This document shows, piece by piece, positions 59,155 through 64,000 of a stretch of 64,000 nucleotides of DNA. A program made the position numbers and the translations under genes. The first letter of the stretch is position 1. The number at the start of each line of letters is the position of its first letter. The stretch comes from a candidate division WWE3 bacterium (GTDB taxonomy: Bacteria > Patescibacteriota > WWE3 > UBA101185 > UBA10185): assembly GCA_016182565.1 (NCBI GenBank), contig JACPGI010000004.1, positions 110,223-174,222 on the forward strand, given 5' to 3'. The notes under the pieces are model-generated. The model searched no databases. It was given only the letters and a program-made list of their open reading frames with translations, and was not told where the DNA came from.

Positions 59155-60333
59155 CTATTCATATCTTAATGCCTCAATTGGGTCCTTTTTGGATGCTTTA
59201 ATAGCTGGGTATGTGCCAAAAACAATACCAACACCAGCAGAGAAAACAAATGCAAGCAGTATTGCGCTTAGTGTCATTTCAGCGCGCAAAAAGGTTTGAG
59301 CAAATAAAGTAGCAAGTGCACCGAACATAAGACCTACCACCCCACCGCCCACACTCAAAATAACTGCTTCAACTAAAAACTGCAGAGCGATATTAAATGG
59401 TGTTGCTCCTAGTGCTTTTCTAAGGCCTATCTCTCTTATTCTCTCAGTTACTGAAACAAGCATTATATTCATAATGCCAATTCCACCTACAAGAAGTGAA
59501 ATACCAGCTATAGCACTTAAGGCAACTGTTAAGAGTTGTAAAATAGATTGAATGGATTTTAAGATGTCTGCCTGGGACAGTACTTGAAATTCATCTGGAT
59601 CAAGATCCTGAAAAAGTGCCAAATCAACTTGTTTCATAACAAAACCGCTTTCGTAACCATTTTTTACTTTTAATACAATGCTTGAGAAATTCTTCAAATC
59701 TAACGTATTTTCCATAGAGGTATACGGTAAAATCACCTGATCATCAAAATTGCTACCTTTTTCTTTAAATATTCCAATAACCTCATACTTATCACCTAGT
59801 AAATCCACACGCTCCCCAATTGCATTTTGATTTGAAAACAAATTTTTTGCTACATTTGGTCCAATAACCATAACTTTCGCTTGATTTTTTTCCTCAGATT
59901 TAGTAAAAAATCTACCTTTTTCTAATTCGTAGTTAAACATCTTGTTTCCAACATAGGAAACTCCAATTATTTCTGAAAGAAAAGTATTAGTTTTAAACCT
60001 AGAATTCTCGCTTGCCACATAATAGGCTGAAATAAGATCAATTGCTGGTACGTTTTCTTCAATTAATTTAATATGTTTTTCAGAAAGTTTATTTCTTGCG
60101 AAAGAATCAGCCGGATCTCCTCCAAAATCACCCGTACCTGGTGAAATAAATAGTAAATTTGATCCCAACTCATTGAACTGGTCTGTAATGTAATTTTGAA
60201 CACCCTTTCCAAGTGAAATTAAAGTAACAACTGCAAAAACACCTATGATTACTCCAAGCATAGTAAGAATAGATCGCACTTTGTTTGCGGCAATTGCCTT
60301 AAGCGCTGTATTTATAGTCTCTAGAAATTGCAT
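59155..60333 (-). CDS. ABC transporter permease, MacB/FtsX family (paralog)
   Basis: 'ERIREIGLRKALGA'; ~same architecture as neighbour. Confidence 0.85.
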   Translation of the reverse strand: MQFLETINTALKAIAANKVRSILTMLGVIIGVFAVVTLISLGKGVQNYITDQFNELGSNLLFISPGTGDFGGDPADSFARNKLSEKHIKLIEENVPAIDLISAYYVASENSRFKTNTFLSEIIGVSYVGNKMFNYELEKGRFFTKSEEKNQAKVMVIGPNVAKNLFSNQNAIGERVDLLGDKYEVIGIFKEKGSNFDDQVILPYTSMENTLDLKNFSSIVLKVKNGYESGFVMKQVDLALFQDLDPDEFQVLSQADILKSIQSILQLLTVALSAIAGISLLVGGIGIMNIMLVSVTERIREIGLRKALGATPFNIALQFLVEAVILSVGGGVVGLMFGALATLFAQTFLRAEMTLSAILLAFVFSAGVGIVFGTYPAIKASKKDPIEALRYE

Positions 60334-60339
60334 AGTCGG

Positions 60340-61005
60340 TTAGATAAGAACACCATCTTTGATTGTTATTACACGCTTTGCTACTTTTGCAAGATCCGCG
60401 TCATGAGTAACAATTACAATAGTTTTACCTTTATCATTCAGGGTTCTAAAAAGTTCCACTATTTCCTCGCCGGTTTTTGAATCAAGATTTCCAGTTGGCT
60501 CATCTGCAAAAATTACGGATGGGTCAGTTACAAGCGCCCTTGCTATGGCAACTCTTTGTTTTTGACCACCAGACAATTCATTTGATTTATTAAGTTTTCG
60601 CTCTGTAAGATCAACAAGTTCAAGCATTTTTTCAGCACGTCCTTGCCACTCGCTACTTGGGATACTACTGTATTTGAGAGGCAGAATAATGTTATCAATT
60701 GCTGTTGTTCTTGGAAGAAGATTAAAAGATTGAAAAACAAAACCTATCTGACTGTTTCTTATCTTTGCAAGTTTATTCTCGGTTAAAGTACTTACTTCCT
60801 GACCATTTAACTTAAGTACTCCTGAAGTAGGCGTATCAAGAAGTCCTAAAATATGCATGAGTGTTGATTTACCGGAACCCGATTTTCCTACAATAGAGAT
60901 AAATTCACCATCTTCTATTGAAAGGGAGATACCATTTACAGCATTAATTTTAGTTCCACCAATGTCATAAATTTTATAGAGGTTTTGAGCATCAATAAGC
61001 GGCAT
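60340..61005 (-). CDS. ABC transporter ATP-binding protein (MacB/LolD-type)
   Basis: Walker A 'GKSGSGKST', signature 'LSGGQKQRVAIARAL', Walker B 'IFADEPT'. Confidence 0.9.
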   Translation of the reverse strand: MPLIDAQNLYKIYDIGGTKINAVNGISLSIEDGEFISIVGKSGSGKSTLMHILGLLDTPTSGVLKLNGQEVSTLTENKLAKIRNSQIGFVFQSFNLLPRTTAIDNIILPLKYSSIPSSEWQGRAEKMLELVDLTERKLNKSNELSGGQKQRVAIARALVTDPSVIFADEPTGNLDSKTGEEIVELFRTLNDKGKTIVIVTHDADLAKVAKRVITIKDGVLI

Positions 61006-61008
61006 TTG

Positions 61009-62091
61009 TTATTTTTCCAGTTTTACTTTGCTACCCTCTTGAAATTCAGTATTTCCAACTGGGGTATAGATAGTTTTACCTGCTAGATCGGTTTTAAGTT
61101 CGGTATAGATGTCTCCTTCAAGACCTATTTTTATTGGAAGCTTTTTAAGAAAACCGTTTTCTTCTGTCCAAATAAAATTACCTAAATTATCATCCTTAAA
61201 CAACGCATCAAAAGTAAGTGCCTTAACTTTGTTAGCAGTGGTTTCAACTATAACTTTTGCATCTCCCTTCATACCAAGAAGAACTTGTTTTTCTTTGTGG
61301 GGATCAATTGCTATTTTTACTGTAAACTGTTCGGTAGTATCACTGGCGTACTTTGGAAGCTCTAAAACGACTCCACTAAATATCGTATTATTGTAAGAGT
61401 CGAGTTGAAGTTCTACTATCTGTCCGGGCTTTAGAATACCAAAATCTTCCTGATCAACATCAATCTCAAAAATAAGTTTGTCGAGTTTGGCAAGTTTTAC
61501 AATTTTTTCACCAAAAGATAAGATCTCACCTTTTTCTTTGTATGTATCAACAATTGTGCCCTCAAATGGCGCATACAAGTATGTTTTAGATAGTGTGCCT
61601 ATGGATGATTGATAGTTTGCTTCAGCCTTACTTAAAAGTTCCATTAACCTTCGAATGTTTATTTGGTACTCTTTTTCGCCCCCTGCTGCGTCCTGATCGC
61701 TTTCATAAATCTCAATATACAAATCAAGATCCCTCTGGGCGACGTCTCTCCCATCTTTGGCTGATTGGGTAGCTTGGGATGTATCGTAGTTTGAAGTAAT
61801 TGCTAAAAGTTGGCCTTCTTTTACAACATCACCTTTTTTAACATACAGGTTGGCAAGTTCACCAGTAGATGCAAAGGACAAATCCACCTCATTAGTAGAA
61901 ACCACCTTACCACTTGCTGAAATTGTTTTTCTTACTACCTCATTAACAACCTCAGATTTCACACCAATTAGTGTTTTTGGTTTCGACCTACTGTAATACA
62001 CAAAACCTACTACAGTAAAAATTAGAATTATAATTACGATTAATTTTTTATGTTTTTTCATTAAGTTTTTTAAAACTACTACTTGTATCAA
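61009..62091 (-). CDS. HlyD/MacA-family periplasmic adaptor (membrane fusion protein)
   Basis: N-terminal TM, coiled-coil hairpin, beta-barrel C-terminus; operon with MacB-like genes. Confidence 0.75.
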   Translation of the reverse strand: MIQVVVLKNLMKKHKKLIVIIILIFTVVGFVYYSRSKPKTLIGVKSEVVNEVVRKTISASGKVVSTNEVDLSFASTGELANLYVKKGDVVKEGQLLAITSNYDTSQATQSAKDGRDVAQRDLDLYIEIYESDQDAAGGEKEYQINIRRLMELLSKAEANYQSSIGTLSKTYLYAPFEGTIVDTYKEKGEILSFGEKIVKLAKLDKLIFEIDVDQEDFGILKPGQIVELQLDSYNNTIFSGVVLELPKYASDTTEQFTVKIAIDPHKEKQVLLGMKGDAKVIVETTANKVKALTFDALFKDDNLGNFIWTEENGFLKKLPIKIGLEGDIYTELKTDLAGKTIYTPVGNTEFQEGSKVKLEK

Positions 62092-63638
62092 TAGCCAAGA
62101 AACTTTAGTTTATCTAGATTTCCGGCGGGCATATTATAGATCTTTGCCCGCTTTACGTCACCGTCATTTATTACATAATCAGGAAGATATTTTTTTACAT
62201 GCACCCAATAATAAGATTTATCTTTATCAATCATATAATTAAAACTCTGAGGATTATAAATATATATGAAAGCATCAGCCCTATCCCCATCTCGTATAAA
62301 ATCATTTAGATAAAATCTGGTGATAGGTTTTCTCTCGTTGGAGCTTACTCGAACAACTCCAGCCTGTTTAAGATAAATTGCTATCTCTTCCCAATGTCTG
62401 TAGTAAGGAAAGCCAAAAAGACTTAAGTTATAACTTGTGTCAGGCCTCACCATCTCCCACATTAAAAATTTTTTATGATTCCACGGATATTCAGTGGTGT
62501 GGTCAATAAACACTGTGTGCATGAGTAAAAATAACCACAAGAAAAAGATAGCAAGAAAAATATCGAATATCTTTTTGGTGTTAATTATAGGAAAGGTTTG
62601 TAATGCAAGACTTTCTGCAGTGTGTAATCCAAATGCACAAAGAACACAAAGGGGGATAAGATATGTATAAATATGAGTTCCGGGAATACTCACAAAAAAT
62701 TCCATAAAGTAAAGCGGAACTAAGACCCACGCAAAAATAACCCAATTCTTACGAATGTTAAAAAACGACAGTCCGATAAGGCCAAGATAAACAATATAAA
62801 CATAGAGTGGGTTATATACCCGAAAAAGTTGTAGCGAATCGGAAATTTTGCCATTATCACCCTCGATTCTATTCATCCAGTAAGAAACTTGTACTTGGCC
62901 AAGAGATAGAAGATATGGGACAAAAAATAGTGCAAGAATACCAAGTGTTATTGATGCGGCGGTAAATATTGTAAAGATTCTTTTCTGAAGTGGTATGTGT
63001 GAATATTTTTTAAACCATGCTACAAAAATATAAATAACAAAAGGGCTTACAAATATAGCATCATAATGGGCAAGAGCTGCCAGTGCCCAATAAAAAGCTC
63101 CAAAGTACCAGCCTTTAAATTTCCACGTTTCATCAAATAGTGCTTTTGAAAAAAGGTAAAGCGCAATTGTAGAAAGTAAGATTGTAAAAACCTGATACTG
63201 AACTATTCTAGAAAATGCTATCAAAAAACCGTTTAACGAGAAGAAGATTGACGAATATAAAGCTATTTTTCTACCAAAATGCAAATTAATTAATTTATAA
63301 AAATAAAAAACTGCAAGAACCCCAGCAATAGCAAATGGTAAGCGCACTACAAAATTATTAAGGTAGTCGTTTGAAAACGGCTGCATAAGTGCGGTGATCA
63401 AAAATTGCAAAGGACCTTTCTTTTGTTCCAATAAAAAATTCCAAGTGGTTTGCGTTGGAAGAGGTCTAAACAAAGCTTTAATCTCATCGCCTTGGTAATC
63501 AGAATACCCAAGAAATACAAATCTTGTCCATAAAGTAATAAAAATCAAAAAAACATGAAGAGCTATAGAATGCTTTAATTCTGTAAAAAAGTCCCGAATA
63601 TTAGTTAATGTTTTTATTACCATAGATATGTAATTCAT
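62088..63638 (-). CDS. GT-C fold glycosyltransferase (ArnT/PMT family-like)
   Basis: first periplasmic loop 'YQGDEIKALFRP' DE-motif after TM1; ~12 TM. Confidence 0.6.
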   Translation of the reverse strand: MNYISMVIKTLTNIRDFFTELKHSIALHVFLIFITLWTRFVFLGYSDYQGDEIKALFRPLPTQTTWNFLLEQKKGPLQFLITALMQPFSNDYLNNFVVRLPFAIAGVLAVFYFYKLINLHFGRKIALYSSIFFSLNGFLIAFSRIVQYQVFTILLSTIALYLFSKALFDETWKFKGWYFGAFYWALAALAHYDAIFVSPFVIYIFVAWFKKYSHIPLQKRIFTIFTAASITLGILALFFVPYLLSLGQVQVSYWMNRIEGDNGKISDSLQLFRVYNPLYVYIVYLGLIGLSFFNIRKNWVIFAWVLVPLYFMEFFVSIPGTHIYTYLIPLCVLCAFGLHTAESLALQTFPIINTKKIFDIFLAIFFLWLFLLMHTVFIDHTTEYPWNHKKFLMWEMVRPDTSYNLSLFGFPYYRHWEEIAIYLKQAGVVRVSSNERKPITRFYLNDFIRDGDRADAFIYIYNPQSFNYMIDKDKSYYWVHVKKYLPDYVINDGDVKRAKIYNMPAGNLDKLKFLGY

Positions 63639-64000
63639 CCATTGCCCTTGTAACAGCTACAAATGCTTTTTTAGCATCTGTAAAGTTTGCTACCTCACTT
63701 AAGTTTAACCCAAGTATATACACCTTACCAAATTCTAGTCCTTTACAGTTTTCAAAATGGGTTAAATAAACAGCCCGCGGTAAATATGAAATGCGGTCAT
63801 TATCGTTAAGTTTAATAAATTCCTGACCAAGTTTTAGCTTTGTTATTATTTTCTCAACATTATCAAGTAAATTTTCGTCCATACAAATAATTCCAATACT
63901 TTTATTTAAGGCTTTGACGTCTTTAATTATATTTTTCTCAAATTCTACTAGCATGTCGTTATTTGTTGGAAAGGACTTAACTTCGGGTTTTGCCCCAACT
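63601..64000 (-). CDS. C-terminal fragment of a UvrD/PcrA-like helicase-domain protein; ORF continues beyond window end
   Basis: 'KGLEFGKVYILGL' and 'FVAVTRAMDELHIY' resemble SF1 helicase C-terminal motifs; no stop before position 64000 on the minus strand. Confidence 0.45.
   Translation of the reverse strand, partial: VGAKPEVKSFPTNNDMLVEFEKNIIKDVKALNKSIGIICMDENLLDNVEKIITKLKLGQEFIKLNDNDRISYLPRAVYLTHFENCKGLEFGKVYILGLNLSEVANFTDAKKAFVAVTRAMDELHIYGNKNIN

Noticed and set aside
1-64000. Possibility of an alternative genetic code (e.g. UGA-recoding lineages)
   Set aside because: Long conserved genes (typA, helicase, ABC-F, recombinases) are intact with standard stops. There is no sign of in-frame TGA read-through being required.
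1-64000. CRISPR arrays or cas genes
   Set aside because: No regularly spaced direct repeats were seen anywhere in the window, and no Cas-like ORFs.

Overview
The window is low-GC (roughly 30-35%), densely coded bacterial DNA using the standard genetic code. Its gene content resembles a small-genome, CPR-like bacterium. Recognisable genes include typA, a DEAD-box helicase and an RRM protein that both carry Arg/Gly-rich tails, tag, tsaC, dus, dut, GT2/GT4/GT-C glycosyltransferases, an MBOAT+DHHW O-acylation pair, two PAS histidine kinases, an ABC-F ATPase, a MacAB/HlyD-type efflux set, and many secreted or membrane hypotheticals. I decoded eight tRNA genes by hand: Gln, Val, Phe, Gly, Leu x2, Lys and Arg. 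The standout region is ~36.1-48.95 kb, an accessory island. It holds two paralogous four-gene modules. Each module has a module-specific protein, a conserved ~59-aa ORF, an HUH rolling-circle Rep and a large serine recombinase. Each recombinase gene ends exactly on the antisense of the 3' CCA end of a tRNA gene (tRNA-Gln and tRNA-Val). The second module additionally carries an IS200-like (TnpA-only) insertion placed 3' of a TTAC immediately upstream of its first gene, plus GC-elevated cargo (a lipoprotein and a Nudix gene). Directly upstream of the island lies a three-gene cluster containing an Rx4H (HEPN-like) protein and a membrane protein, a possible defence module. Other oddities: a compositionally foreign, self-contained expression cassette (consensus promoter/SD/terminator) at 3.4-3.9 kb; a GC-rich structured leader upstream of the helicase; a long leader with a long-range inverted repeat upstream of an ARE-like ABC-F; a two-ATP-grasp plus LmbE-deacetylase operon; and two apparent frameshifted genes (an MFS transporter and a PNPOx-family gene). 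All calls come from reading the sequence and ORF translations; no database searches were run.
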